Origin: an uncultured Gammaproteobacteria bacterium
GTDB taxonomy: Bacteria > Patescibacteriota > Patescibacteriia > 2-12-FULL-57-11
Length of the DNA stretch: 64,000 bases
Reading direction: 5' to 3'
Assembly: GCA_964648865.1 (NCBI GenBank)
Contig: CAZYLV010000002.1
Coordinates: 79,272-143,271, forward strand
In this document: in pieces, positions 19,263 to 28,259 of the stretch
Position numbering within the stretch: position 1 is the stretch's first letter
Layout: the number at the start of each line of letters is the position of its first letter
Made by a program: the position numbers and the translations under genes
Notes under the pieces: generated by a model
What the model saw: the letters and a program-made list of their open reading frames with translations, nothing else
Told to the model about the DNA's origin: nothing
Databases searched by the model: none

Positions 19263-21325
19263 CGTCGATAGACGAACACCGTCACCGAATCGTCCACCTC
19301 GAACACGTCGTCCGCCTCCCGCATCGCCTCAGCCGCGATGCGGGCGCTGTCTTTCCAGAAGGCGTTGACGACGAAGTAGGCTTCCTCCACGACGTTCGCT
19401 TCCATGGCCCGTTGCGCGGTCGCACGGGTGGGCGCGGCGTTCATCTCGAGGAAGAGGGCGTTGAGCTCCGGCGCGCCTGACTCGTTGGCGTAGGCGAAGG
19501 GGATGCCGGGGAAGGAGACGAAGCCGTGCTCGCGGATGGCGGCAGCGGCGATGGTCTGGTCGGCCAGGACGATGTGCCGACGGCCTTCGGCGTGCGCCTC
19601 GATCCACTGCGCCGCGGCGACGGCGCCTGCGGAGACGGCGTACCCTTTGGATGGCTCGATGCGGTCGACGCGCGGGAAGGAGACGTAGGTCGTGGCCGCG
19701 ACCAGCGCCGCCAGCATGCCCGCGGATGCCAGGCGGCTCGCGACGTGGCGCGCCAGCCGCTCCCACAGGAAGACGAGTCCGGCCCCGGCCACCGGCAGCA
19801 GGACGACGGCGGCCAGTTCGACGAGCCGGGCGCGGAACGGGAAGGCCGCGGCACCGACGTCGCCGGCTTCCGGGAAGCGCAGGAATTGCAGGAGCAGGAA
19901 GGCGAGGATCAATCCGCTCGTGGCCGCCTGGAGGGAGCGGATGCCTGCGCGCCAAGCGGGCGGTGCGTTGCGGGCGGCGAACAGCATCCCGCCGACCAAT
20001 GCAATCGGGACCGTGGCACGCCAGAGGTAGGGAAGATCCAGGACGAGGTCGCCGGAGGGGGCGAACGGCGGCCAGCTCGCCGCGAGCGAGCGGAGCGCGT
20101 CGAAGGGGGCGAAGGTCCACGCGATCCTCATGCCGCCGACGAGCGCGTTGGCGATGAACGCGGCCGGGACGCCGAGGGCGGTCAGCGCGAACCCGGCCGT
20201 ACGGGCGAGGCGCTCGGGGAGACCGGGCTTCTTCCGTTCGGCGACGATGAGCAACAGCAGCCCGAGCGTGGGGATGCCGACCAGCGGATGCACGGCCAGC
20301 GCGGCCAGCGTCCCGGCGACGGCCGGTGCGAGCGGGAGCGCACCGGCGCGCCAGGCGATGCCGGCGCCGGCCACGAGCAGCGCAAAGAGGTAGGCCACGC
20401 CGGTCGGCGTGGTCGCGGCGTAGGCCCCGAAGGGCAGGAGCAGCGGCGCGAGCGCGGCCAGGCGGTGGCCGGCCTTGGCGGTCATGCCGCGCGCGGTCCA
20501 GGCGCACACCAGCGGCGCGAGGATGGCGAAGCCGAGCGGCACGGCCAGGCGATCGAGCGGGATGTGCGGCAGGAGCGTGACGCGGGAGAGCAGGGTCACC
20601 AGCGCGTACTGGCCGATGTAGTACGGCGTCTTGGGCTCGACGACGCCCTCGCGCAGGATGATGCCCTCGGCCGCCTGGTGGACGAACTGGTCGAAGCCGT
20701 ACCCGATGCCGTAGACGGCGAGCGCAGGGGAGGCCGCCACGAACGCCAGGAGGATGGCGGCCGGCAGGGCGGCGCGCGTCTTGCCGCGCACCAGCAGGGC
20801 GACAAGCGGCAGCCCGGCGGCCGCAAGCAGCGTGAAGAACGCCGGGGAGACCGTCTGCCACGGCGACGAGACGGCGGTGAGCGTCCGGCCGGCAGCGAGG
20901 ACGCCCATGGCGGCCAGAAGCACGGCGCCCGCCAGGCCGACGAGCGCGACGTCCATGAGCGGCGGCGCGGGGCTCCGGATGATGCGGAAGACGGGCACGA
21001 CCTGCGTCCGCCAGGCGAGCACGGCGGCCAGCGCCGCCGTGCCGACCCAGAGCACCATGCAGGAGACCGGCGAGAGGTCGACCGCCGCGTAGAGCCCGGC
21101 TCCGGCGACCATGAACCAGCACAGCAGCAGGAAGGTCCCGCCGAGGTGCTGGTCGAGCAGGCCGCGGCCCCGGAAGAAGATCGCCCCCAACGCCGCCGCC
21201 TCGAGCAGCAGGAGCGCCGCTGCCGAGACCGCGGCCAGGACCGGGACATCAAGAAAAACCGCGAGCAGGTTCGCGGCTAGGAGGGCAAAAACGGCCGTGC
21301 TATAGTGCCTCGGTACCAATTGCAT
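19259..21325 (-). CDS. polytopic membrane protein, possible GT-C-fold glycosyltransferase
   Basis: Many hydrophobic segments; loop GYGFDQFVHQA...PKTPYYIGQY; C-terminal soluble domain. Confidence 0.6.
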   Translation of the reverse strand: MQLVPRHYSTAVFALLAANLLAVFLDVPVLAAVSAAALLLLEAAALGAIFFRGRGLLDQHLGGTFLLLCWFMVAGAGLYAAVDLSPVSCMVLWVGTAALAAVLAWRTQVVPVFRIIRSPAPPLMDVALVGLAGAVLLAAMGVLAAGRTLTAVSSPWQTVSPAFFTLLAAAGLPLVALLVRGKTRAALPAAILLAFVAASPALAVYGIGYGFDQFVHQAAEGIILREGVVEPKTPYYIGQYALVTLLSRVTLLPHIPLDRLAVPLGFAILAPLVCAWTARGMTAKAGHRLAALAPLLLPFGAYAATTPTGVAYLFALLVAGAGIAWRAGALPLAPAVAGTLAALAVHPLVGIPTLGLLLLIVAERKKPGLPERLARTAGFALTALGVPAAFIANALVGGMRIAWTFAPFDALRSLAASWPPFAPSGDLVLDLPYLWRATVPIALVGGMLFAARNAPPAWRAGIRSLQAATSGLILAFLLLQFLRFPEAGDVGAAAFPFRARLVELAAVVLLPVAGAGLVFLWERLARHVASRLASAGMLAALVAATTYVSFPRVDRIEPSKGYAVSAGAVAAAQWIEAHAEGRRHIVLADQTIAAAAIREHGFVSFPGIPFAYANESGAPELNALFLEMNAAPTRATAQRAMEANVVEEAYFVVNAFWKDSARIAAEAMREADDVFEVDDSVTVFVYRR

Positions 21326-21349
21326 GGGGGCATCATAGCACGGCCGGAT

Positions 21350-21922
21350 ATGCGCGACCCCGCGATCCCGTACCCGCACGACCGGTTGCTGGCGGCGACC
21401 CTGCTGCGGCTCATCCCGCGCTGGGTCCAGCCCAACCACATCACCATCCTGCGCTTCCTGGCGACGCCCTTCGTCGTCTGGCTTGTCGCCGCCGGACATC
21501 TCTACGAGGGCATCGTCGCCTTCGTCGTCGTGGCCTCCACGGACGCCATCGACGGGGCCATGGCGCGCACCCGCAAGCAGATCACCGAGTGGGGGACGCT
21601 CATGGACCCGCTCGCCGACAAGCTGCTCATCGGCGCCATGGTCGTGGTCATCGTCTTCGAGCACGTCAATCCGATCCTCGGCGTCACCATCATCTCCCTC
21701 GAGGCGCTGATGCTCGTCGGCGGTTACATCCGCCTGCGGCGCGGCATCGTGAAACCCGCCAACACCTGGGGCAAGATCAAGATGATCCTGCAGTGCGCCG
21801 GCGTCCTGCTGCTGCTCGTCGCCGTGGCCACCGGCATCGACCTGTTCATCCCGGTGTCCGGTGCCGTCTTCGCGCTGGCGTTGGTCTTCGCCCTGGTCTC
21901 GCTGCTGACCCACGGCATATGA
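21350..21922 (+). CDS. CDP-alcohol phosphatidyltransferase (PgsA-like)
   Basis: PNHITILR; DAIDGAMAR...G..MDPLADK signature; WGKIK. Confidence 0.9.
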   Translation: MRDPAIPYPHDRLLAATLLRLIPRWVQPNHITILRFLATPFVVWLVAAGHLYEGIVAFVVVASTDAIDGAMARTRKQITEWGTLMDPLADKLLIGAMVVVIVFEHVNPILGVTIISLEALMLVGGYIRLRRGIVKPANTWGKIKMILQCAGVLLLLVAVATGIDLFIPVSGAVFALALVFALVSLLTHGI

Positions 21923-23517
21923 GGCGTCTGTTGCTCGCCGCCGCGGCGTCCTTTTTGGTATCGACCTCGCTCCTCGCCTGGCAGAACGTCGCGCAGGCGC
22001 CATGGCGTTTCGATTGGCCGGATGAGACCGGCACCGCCTTCTTCCTGCGCCGCGCCGCCGCGGGACGCCCGCTGGCCGCGCCGGACCCGGACATCGCCGT
22101 GCTGGAGCGGCGGCTGCATCCGCGCAGCGTCAACGTGCTCGGCTCGTCGCTCGTGCCCGCCGGCTTCCTCGGGTTACCCATCCTCGGCGGCGCGGTCGGC
22201 CGCGTCCTGGGCCCTGGAGCGGCGCTCTTCCTGACTCCGCTGCTCGCCGCCGCCGCGGCGTTGGCCCTGGCGCGGGCCTTGCGCGGACCGCTCTCGGCGC
22301 GGCACGCGACGTTCTCGGCCGTGCTCTTCCTCGCGCACCCGGCGACGCTCTACTTCTCGAGCTTCTCGTTGCTGCCGAACGTCCCGTTCCTCTCCCTGCT
22401 CGTCCTGGGCGCTTCCGGCGCGGCGATCGCGCGCGACGCCCGCCGCTTCGCCGTCCCGCTCTCCGTGGCCGCGGGCATCGCCGCCGGCCTGGCCTTTGCC
22501 GTCCGTCTCTCCGAGGCCGTCTGGGCGGTACCGCCGCTCGCGGTCCTCCTCGTCTGGGCCTACCGCAAGCGCCCCCGCTCCGGGCTGGCGTGGGCCGCAG
22601 GCGCGGGCCTGGCGCTCCTGCCGTTCGTCTTCCTGCAACAGGCGCTCTACGGGTCGCCGCTGGCCGGATACGCGCGGCTCGGCGTCGACGGCGCGGTCCT
22701 GCCCACGGAGGCGGTCGGCGGCGCCTGGACGTTCCTGTTGCCGTTCGGCGTCCACCCGTGGCACGCGGCGGTGCGATTCTGGGACAGCTTCCTGCTGCCG
22801 TTCTGGTGGTACGCCCTGCCGGCGCTGGTCGGCCTGGCGCTGGCAGGCCATGCGGCCTGGGCCGAGCCGGTGCGCTCCCGCCGGATGTCCGCACGCGTCG
22901 CGCTCGCGGGCGGCTTGCTGGTCGCCGGTTATCTCGTGCTGCTCTACGGCTCGTGGGTCTTCGCGGATCCGCTGACGCTGCTGCTCAATACCGTCGGCCG
23001 TTCCTACGTGCGCTACTGGCTGCCGATCGCCCTGCTGATGGGCGTGGCTGCGGCGGCGCCGTTGGCGCGGCTCGAGGGCTTCCCGGAGCTGCGCGTGCGC
23101 ATCGTCGGCCGCCTGCTGCTCGGGGGCATGATCGCGGCCTCGGCGCTCACGGCCTTCGTCCTGCCGCGCGAGAGCGTGCTTGCGGTGCGCGGCCGCATCG
23201 CCGAGTACAAGCGCATGGCCGCCGCGGCCGAGGCGGTCGTGCCGGAGGACGGCATCATCCTCACCGAGCGGCTGGACAAGGTCTTTTTCCCGGAACGGCG
23301 CGTCATCGCGCTCGAGGGCAAGGTGGGGGACGATCGTCAGGCCGTGGAGCTGGTGGCCGCGCATGCCGAGGAGTACCGCTTCTACTTCGCGGACGCGCTT
23401 TCGGAAGACGAGGACATCGCCGCGCGGTCGGAGTTCTTGAAGCGCCGGATCCAAGCCACCGAGGTCGCCCGCCTGCGCGACGACGTCCGGTTGTACGCGT
23501 TGACCCCGCTCGAATGA
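21919..23517 (+). CDS. polytopic membrane protein, GT-C/ArnT-like glycosyltransferase candidate
   Basis: DWPDE acidic motif after first TM, about 12 TM helices, RYWLP motif. Confidence 0.6.
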   Translation: MRRLLLAAAASFLVSTSLLAWQNVAQAPWRFDWPDETGTAFFLRRAAAGRPLAAPDPDIAVLERRLHPRSVNVLGSSLVPAGFLGLPILGGAVGRVLGPGAALFLTPLLAAAAALALARALRGPLSARHATFSAVLFLAHPATLYFSSFSLLPNVPFLSLLVLGASGAAIARDARRFAVPLSVAAGIAAGLAFAVRLSEAVWAVPPLAVLLVWAYRKRPRSGLAWAAGAGLALLPFVFLQQALYGSPLAGYARLGVDGAVLPTEAVGGAWTFLLPFGVHPWHAAVRFWDSFLLPFWWYALPALVGLALAGHAAWAEPVRSRRMSARVALAGGLLVAGYLVLLYGSWVFADPLTLLLNTVGRSYVRYWLPIALLMGVAAAAPLARLEGFPELRVRIVGRLLLGGMIAASALTAFVLPRESVLAVRGRIAEYKRMAAAAEAVVPEDGIILTERLDKVFFPERRVIALEGKVGDDRQAVELVAAHAEEYRFYFADALSEDEDIAARSEFLKRRIQATEVARLRDDVRLYALTPLE

Positions 23518-24011
23518 CCTCCCGCACCCAGGCCATAGCCGGCATCGCCTTCAGTGCCGTTGCCCTGCTCGGCCTGCTTGCCGCGGACGGGTTCTTCTCC
23601 CGGACGTGGACGCTTCGGCACCCCATCACGGGCGGCACGTCGCAGCTCTCGCCCTTCGGCCCGCCGACCCGGCTCGCCGGCCGCACGGTGGTGGCCGAAC
23701 CGCTGTACGTGGACGCGCGCATCCCGGTCTTCTTCCGTCGCGTCTCGGTTGAGGCGCGGCTGCTGAACTCCGCGTACGACCCGAGCATGGCGCGCATCGC
23801 CATCGAGCTCCCGGGCGGCGGCCTCCATTTCCTGCCGACGACCGTCGAGGTCTCTCCGATCGACGCCGGCTTCGTCCTTCGGGCCGAGGGCGACATCGCC
23901 GACCTTCCCGTCGAGGCGCGGCGCTTCCGTTTCCTGCTGTCCGTGCCGGGCGTGACGTCGGAGCGGCCGCTGACGCTCGACTCCTTCACCGTCACCGCAG
24001 CGCGGCTATGA
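23514..24011 (+). CDS. hypothetical protein with N-terminal TM/signal helix
   Basis: ATGA overlap with upstream stop; hydrophobic N-terminus. Confidence 0.6.
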   Translation: MTSRTQAIAGIAFSAVALLGLLAADGFFSRTWTLRHPITGGTSQLSPFGPPTRLAGRTVVAEPLYVDARIPVFFRRVSVEARLLNSAYDPSMARIAIELPGGGLHFLPTTVEVSPIDAGFVLRAEGDIADLPVEARRFRFLLSVPGVTSERPLTLDSFTVTAARL

Positions 24012-24331
24012 CCTTCCTGACCGTCGCCACCTGGCTCGTCGTGACCATCACGCTGCTTGAGGTCGTCGACCCCGGCATCTTCTCCACGGCGCTGCCGCTG
24101 CCTGTGTTGTGGGTGGCGCTGCTCGCGTCGTGGCTGGTGCATGGGCGGAAGGCGGAGCGGGGGAGACCCACCCCTCCGCCGGTACGCATCGCCTTGACCG
24201 TGGGGGTCGGGCTCTCTACCATTGCGATTGCCGTCCTCCTCGCTTCCGGGGCGCCGTACGCCCTGCCTGCCGCGCTCGCGGCCGGGGCTGCCGCGGCCGC
24301 CGTCTGTCGGACGCTCATGGAGTCGAGCTGA
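24008..24331 (+). CDS. hypothetical membrane protein
   Basis: ATGA overlap; four hydrophobic segments. Confidence 0.55.
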   Translation: MTFLTVATWLVVTITLLEVVDPGIFSTALPLPVLWVALLASWLVHGRKAERGRPTPPPVRIALTVGVGLSTIAIAVLLASGAPYALPAALAAGAAAAAVCRTLMESS

Positions 24332-24349
24332 GCCCGAAGGAGCATGCCT

Positions 24350-24679
24350 ATGCCGACCACCCGCTACGACAAGATCGTCCGCGACCGCATCCCCGAGCTC
24401 ATCGCGGCCAAGGGAGGCTCGCCCGTCTCCCGCGTCCTGGCGCCGGATGACTTCGCCCGGCTGCTGCGCGAGAAGCTCGTCGAGGAGGCGCGCGAGCTCG
24501 TCGGCGCCCAGACCTACGACGCGCTCGTGGCCGAGCTCGCCGACGTCTGCGAGGTCGTCGCGACGCTGCAGCGCATCCACGGGGTGAGCGATGAGACGCT
24601 CTCCGGGGTGCGTGCCGCCAAGGTCGCCGAGCGCGGCGGCTTCGACGGCCGCGTCTTCCTGGAATCCGTGACCGAATGA
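24350..24679 (+). CDS. MazG-like / phosphoribosyl-ATP pyrophosphohydrolase-like NTP pyrophosphohydrolase
   Basis: YDKIVRDRIPELI, KLVEEARE, ELADVCEV, K..ERGGF. Confidence 0.85.
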   Translation: MPTTRYDKIVRDRIPELIAAKGGSPVSRVLAPDDFARLLREKLVEEARELVGAQTYDALVAELADVCEVVATLQRIHGVSDETLSGVRAAKVAERGGFDGRVFLESVTE

Positions 24680-24681
24680 CC

Positions 24682-25092
24682 ATGGAGGGCTGCCTTTTTT
24701 GCATGATCGTGGCCGGGAGCGTCCCCGCGCAGAAGGTCTACGAGGACGGCGCGACCGTGGCCTTCCTGGACATCAAGCCGGTCAACCCCGGCCACACGCT
24801 GGTGGTGCCCAAGGCGCACAGCGTCGGCATCGCGGACGCTTCGGATGAGGCGCTCGCCGCCGTGATGCGTACGGTGAAGAAGATCGCGCCGGGCATCCTT
24901 GCCGCGGTCGGCTCGCAGGGATACAACCTCGGCGTCAACCAAGGCGCGGTCGCCGGCCAGCTCGTCATGCATCTCCATTTCCACCTCATGCCGCGGTTCC
25001 CGACCGACGGCCACGCGCTCTGGCACGGCACCGTGCGCTCGCCGGAGGAGCTCACCGCGGTCGCCGAGAAGATCCGCGCCGCGCTTGCCTGA
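24682..25092 (+). CDS. HIT family nucleotide hydrolase
   Basis: CLFC, FLDIKP..PGHTLVVPK, HLHFH histidine triad. Confidence 0.92.
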   Translation: MEGCLFCMIVAGSVPAQKVYEDGATVAFLDIKPVNPGHTLVVPKAHSVGIADASDEALAAVMRTVKKIAPGILAAVGSQGYNLGVNQGAVAGQLVMHLHFHLMPRFPTDGHALWHGTVRSPEELTAVAEKIRAALA

Positions 25093-25093
25093 T

Positions 25094-26122
25094 ATGAAGC
25101 TGCTCGTCACGGGCGGTGCGGGCTTCATGGGTTCGGCCTTCGTCCGCCGGATGCTCTTGGCGCACGAGGACGTCGCGATCGTCACCTACGACGCGCTGAC
25201 CTACGCCGGCAACCTCGAGAACCTGCGCGCCGTGGAGGGGGACCCGCGCCACCGTTTCGTGAAGGGCGACATCCTCGACGCGGCCCGGGTGGCCGCCGCG
25301 CTTGACGGCGTCGATGCCGTCGCCCACTTCGCGGCCGAATCGCACGTCGACCGCTCGGTGCTCGACCCGCAGGCCTTCTTCCGCACCAACGTGCTGGGCA
25401 CGCAGACGCTCATCCAGGCCTGCCGCGCCGCGGGCGTGCGGCGCTTCCACCATGTCTCGACCGATGAGGTCTACGGCGACCTGGGGCTCGACGAGGACCG
25501 CGCCTTCCGGGAGGGCGACATGCTCGATCCGCGCTCGGCCTATGCCGCGTCCAAGGCGGGCTCTGACCATGTGGTCCTGGCCTACGCCCATTCCTTCGGC
25601 ATGGAGGTCACGGTGAGCCGCAGCTGCAACAATTACGGGCCGTATCAGTTCCCGGAGAAGCTCATCCCGCTCTTCATCACAAACGCGCTCGAGGACAAGC
25701 CGCTGCCGCTCTTCCGGAGCAGCCGCAACCGTCGCGAGTGGATCCATGCCGACGACCACGCCGCGGCGGTCGCGCTCATCCTGCGGGGCGGGAAGCACGG
25801 CCGGATCTACAACATCGGCACCGGCGTGGAGCGGTCGATCGAGGACATCGCCGACGCCGTCCTGGCGGCGCTTGACAAGCCCTCCTCGCTCAAGACCTAC
25901 GTCCCGGACCGGCCCGGTCACGACCGCCGCTACGCGGTGGACTCCTCCACGCTGCGGCGCGAGCTCGGCTGGGCACCGACGGTGGCCTTCGAAGACGGGC
26001 TCGCCGCGACCATCACCTGGTACAAGGACCATCCGGAGTGGTGGCGCGACGTGAAGTCCGGCGCCTACCAAGCGTATTACGAGCGCTACTACACGGAGAC
26101 GCTCGGCACGCAGACGCCATGA
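25094..26122 (+). CDS. rfbB: dTDP-glucose 4,6-dehydratase
   Basis: DALTYAGNLENL, HFAAESHVDRS, STDEVYG, YAASKA, NNYGPYQFPEKLIP, DRPGHDRRYA. Confidence 0.95.
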   Translation: MKLLVTGGAGFMGSAFVRRMLLAHEDVAIVTYDALTYAGNLENLRAVEGDPRHRFVKGDILDAARVAAALDGVDAVAHFAAESHVDRSVLDPQAFFRTNVLGTQTLIQACRAAGVRRFHHVSTDEVYGDLGLDEDRAFREGDMLDPRSAYAASKAGSDHVVLAYAHSFGMEVTVSRSCNNYGPYQFPEKLIPLFITNALEDKPLPLFRSSRNRREWIHADDHAAAVALILRGGKHGRIYNIGTGVERSIEDIADAVLAALDKPSSLKTYVPDRPGHDRRYAVDSSTLRRELGWAPTVAFEDGLAATITWYKDHPEWWRDVKSGAYQAYYERYYTETLGTQTP

Positions 26123-26682
26123 CGACCATCGAGACCGGCATCCCAGGGCTCGTGCTGCTCGAGCCGACGGTGTTCACCGACGAGCGGGGATCGTTCTTCG
26201 AGGCGTTCAACGCCACGGCGTTCGCGGCGCTCGGCGCGCCCACGGACGTCGTGCAGATCAACCAGAACCGCTCCAAGAAGGGCGTGCTGCGCGGGTTGCA
26301 CTTCCAGGCGCCGCCGCACGGCCAGTCCAAGCTGGTACGCTGCATCCGCGGCGCGCTCTACGACGTCGCCGTGGACATCCGCCGCGGCTCGCCGACCTAC
26401 GGGAAGTGGTTCGGCGCCGAGCTGACCGAGGAGAACCGACGCACGCTGGCCATCCCGAGCGGGTTCGCGCACGGCTTCTGTGCGCTCACCGACGGTTGCG
26501 AGATGCTCTACGTGGTCGGCCACGCCGGGTACGCCAAGGAGGCCGAAGGCGGCCTGCGCTTCGACGACCCGGCGCTCGGCATCGCGTGGCCCGTGCCGGC
26601 GGGGGAGGCGCCGCTCGTCAACGTGCGCGACCGCGCCTGGCCGACGCTCGACGCCCTGGAGTCGCCGTTCGTCTTTTCCTGA
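26119..26682 (+). CDS. rfbC: dTDP-4-dehydrorhamnose 3,5-epimerase
   Basis: DERGSFFE, GVLRGLHFQ, KLVRC, DVAVDIR.GSPTYG, GFAHGF. Confidence 0.95.
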   Translation: MTTIETGIPGLVLLEPTVFTDERGSFFEAFNATAFAALGAPTDVVQINQNRSKKGVLRGLHFQAPPHGQSKLVRCIRGALYDVAVDIRRGSPTYGKWFGAELTEENRRTLAIPSGFAHGFCALTDGCEMLYVVGHAGYAKEAEGGLRFDDPALGIAWPVPAGEAPLVNVRDRAWPTLDALESPFVFS

Positions 26683-26753
26683 GGGGCTGGACACGCCGCG
26701 GAATGTCGCGTAGGTTCCTCCGCGAGTCCAGCTCAGCTGGGCGAGGAGGAACC

Positions 26754-27458
26754 ATGCCCTTTACCCCCAAGCCGCCGCCTTCGCCGCCGCGGCTGATCCT
26801 GGCGGACGCCGGCAACGTCCGCGTGGTCTACCGCACCGATCACCGCGCCGAGACCATCGCCCGGTGGCTGTCGCTCGAGGTCGAGGCGGTCACCGCGCTC
26901 ATCCACCGCTCGCACGCCTTCCACCAGCTGGAGCGCGGCGAGTGCACCTGGGAACACTACGTCTCGTTCATCGAGACGACGGTCCAGAAGCGCACCGCCG
27001 CGCCGGAGCTCTGGAACCGCGCGCGGTTCGAGGAGATCTGGGTGGAGGCGCTCACCGGGCCCATCGTGCCGGTCCTCGAGATGCTCGAGGCGCTCGCCAA
27101 GCACGTGCCGGTGGTCTCGGCGTCCAACGTGGACGTCGTGTCCTACGAGCGGGGCGTGGCGCGCGATCCGCGCGTCACGGCGATGCTCTCGGTGCACAGC
27201 GACTCCTTCGTCATCGGTCGCCGCAAAGGAGATCCGGACTACTTCGAGCGCCTGCTGGCCTTCGTCAACGGCGCGCTCGGCACGGACGTCCGGGCCGAGG
27301 AGTGCGTCTTCATCGACGACCGGGTCGAGTACGTGACCGCGGCCATCGGCGCCAAGATGCGCGCCTTGTGGTTCGCCGACCGCCGGCCCGAGGACGTGCA
27401 TGTCCTCCGGCATGAGCTGGTCCAGCGCGGCGGCGTCCCCGCCGAGTGGCTTCCCTGA
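26754..27458 (+). CDS. HAD-superfamily phosphatase-like protein (YihX-like), paralog 1
   Basis: Motif I LADAGNV, motif II SASN, K in RRKGDPDYF, motif IV FIDDR; GAGGAGG SD; TGGACA-17-TAGGTT promoter at 26688-26716. Confidence 0.72.
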   Translation: MPFTPKPPPSPPRLILADAGNVRVVYRTDHRAETIARWLSLEVEAVTALIHRSHAFHQLERGECTWEHYVSFIETTVQKRTAAPELWNRARFEEIWVEALTGPIVPVLEMLEALAKHVPVVSASNVDVVSYERGVARDPRVTAMLSVHSDSFVIGRRKGDPDYFERLLAFVNGALGTDVRAEECVFIDDRVEYVTAAIGAKMRALWFADRRPEDVHVLRHELVQRGGVPAEWLP

Positions 27459-27516
27459 CGGGGCGGCCCTTTTCTTTTTCCGGCGGATGCCGTAGGTTGC
27501 CGCGCAGGAGGGACCA

Positions 27517-28206
27517 TTGAAACCGTTGAAGTTCATCCTGTCGGACGTCGGCGGCGTGCTGATGCACGTCGATCGGTACGGCCGCGAGCATGCGCTGTCC
27601 CGGCAGTACGGGCTCGACCCGCGCGCGTTGCGCGAGCTGCTCTACGACGAGCGCCTCTTCCACGCCTTGGAGCGTGGGACGCTGGGCTGGGAGGTCTACC
27701 GCGAGACCCGGCTGGCGCACCTGCGCGCGATGGGCGCGGCGCTCGAGGAGGACGCCGAGGGACGCTTCGATGCCACGTGGGTGAGCATCCTGCGCGAGCC
27801 GGTGATGCCGGTGGCGCGCATGTGGCTCGCCCTGCGCAATCGGCTGGAGATCGTCTCGGTCTCCAACGTCGACCCGGTGAGCTACGAGTACGGCGTCCGC
27901 CACCACGCCATGGTCGCCGGGTGCTTCTCGCGGGACGACACGCACTCCTTCCGCTTCGGGCGGAGGAAGGGCGACGACGACTACTTCCCGGCGCTGCTCG
28001 AACGGCTCGACGCGCACCCGGAGGAGTGCCTGTTCGTGGACGACCTGCGGGAGCACGTGGTCGCCGCCAAACGCTACGGCATGGACGTCGTCTGGATGCG
28101 CGAGATCAGCGAGGGCTCGCTGCTCGAGCTCCGGCTGCGGCTCATCGAGCGCGGCGTGGACGCCGAGGCCCTGCCGGAGGGCTGGGCGCCCGGCCCGCGC
28201 TGCTAG
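27517..28206 (+). CDS. HAD-superfamily phosphatase-like protein (YihX-like), paralog 2
   Basis: LSDVGGVL, SVSN, RRKGDDDYF, ECLFVDD; AGGAGG SD before TTG. Confidence 0.75.
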   Translation: MKPLKFILSDVGGVLMHVDRYGREHALSRQYGLDPRALRELLYDERLFHALERGTLGWEVYRETRLAHLRAMGAALEEDAEGRFDATWVSILREPVMPVARMWLALRNRLEIVSVSNVDPVSYEYGVRHHAMVAGCFSRDDTHSFRFGRRKGDDDYFPALLERLDAHPEECLFVDDLREHVVAAKRYGMDVVWMREISEGSLLELRLRLIERGVDAEALPEGWAPGPRC

Positions 28207-28230
28207 CGCCTTCCGGCGCTTTTTCTTTTC
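28205..28230 (+). terminator. intrinsic terminator after HAD pair
   Basis: AGCGCC-ttcc-GGCGCT-TTTTCTTTT. Confidence 0.65.
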
Positions 28231-28259
28231 TCCCACCGCTGCTAGAGTGGCTGCGACCT

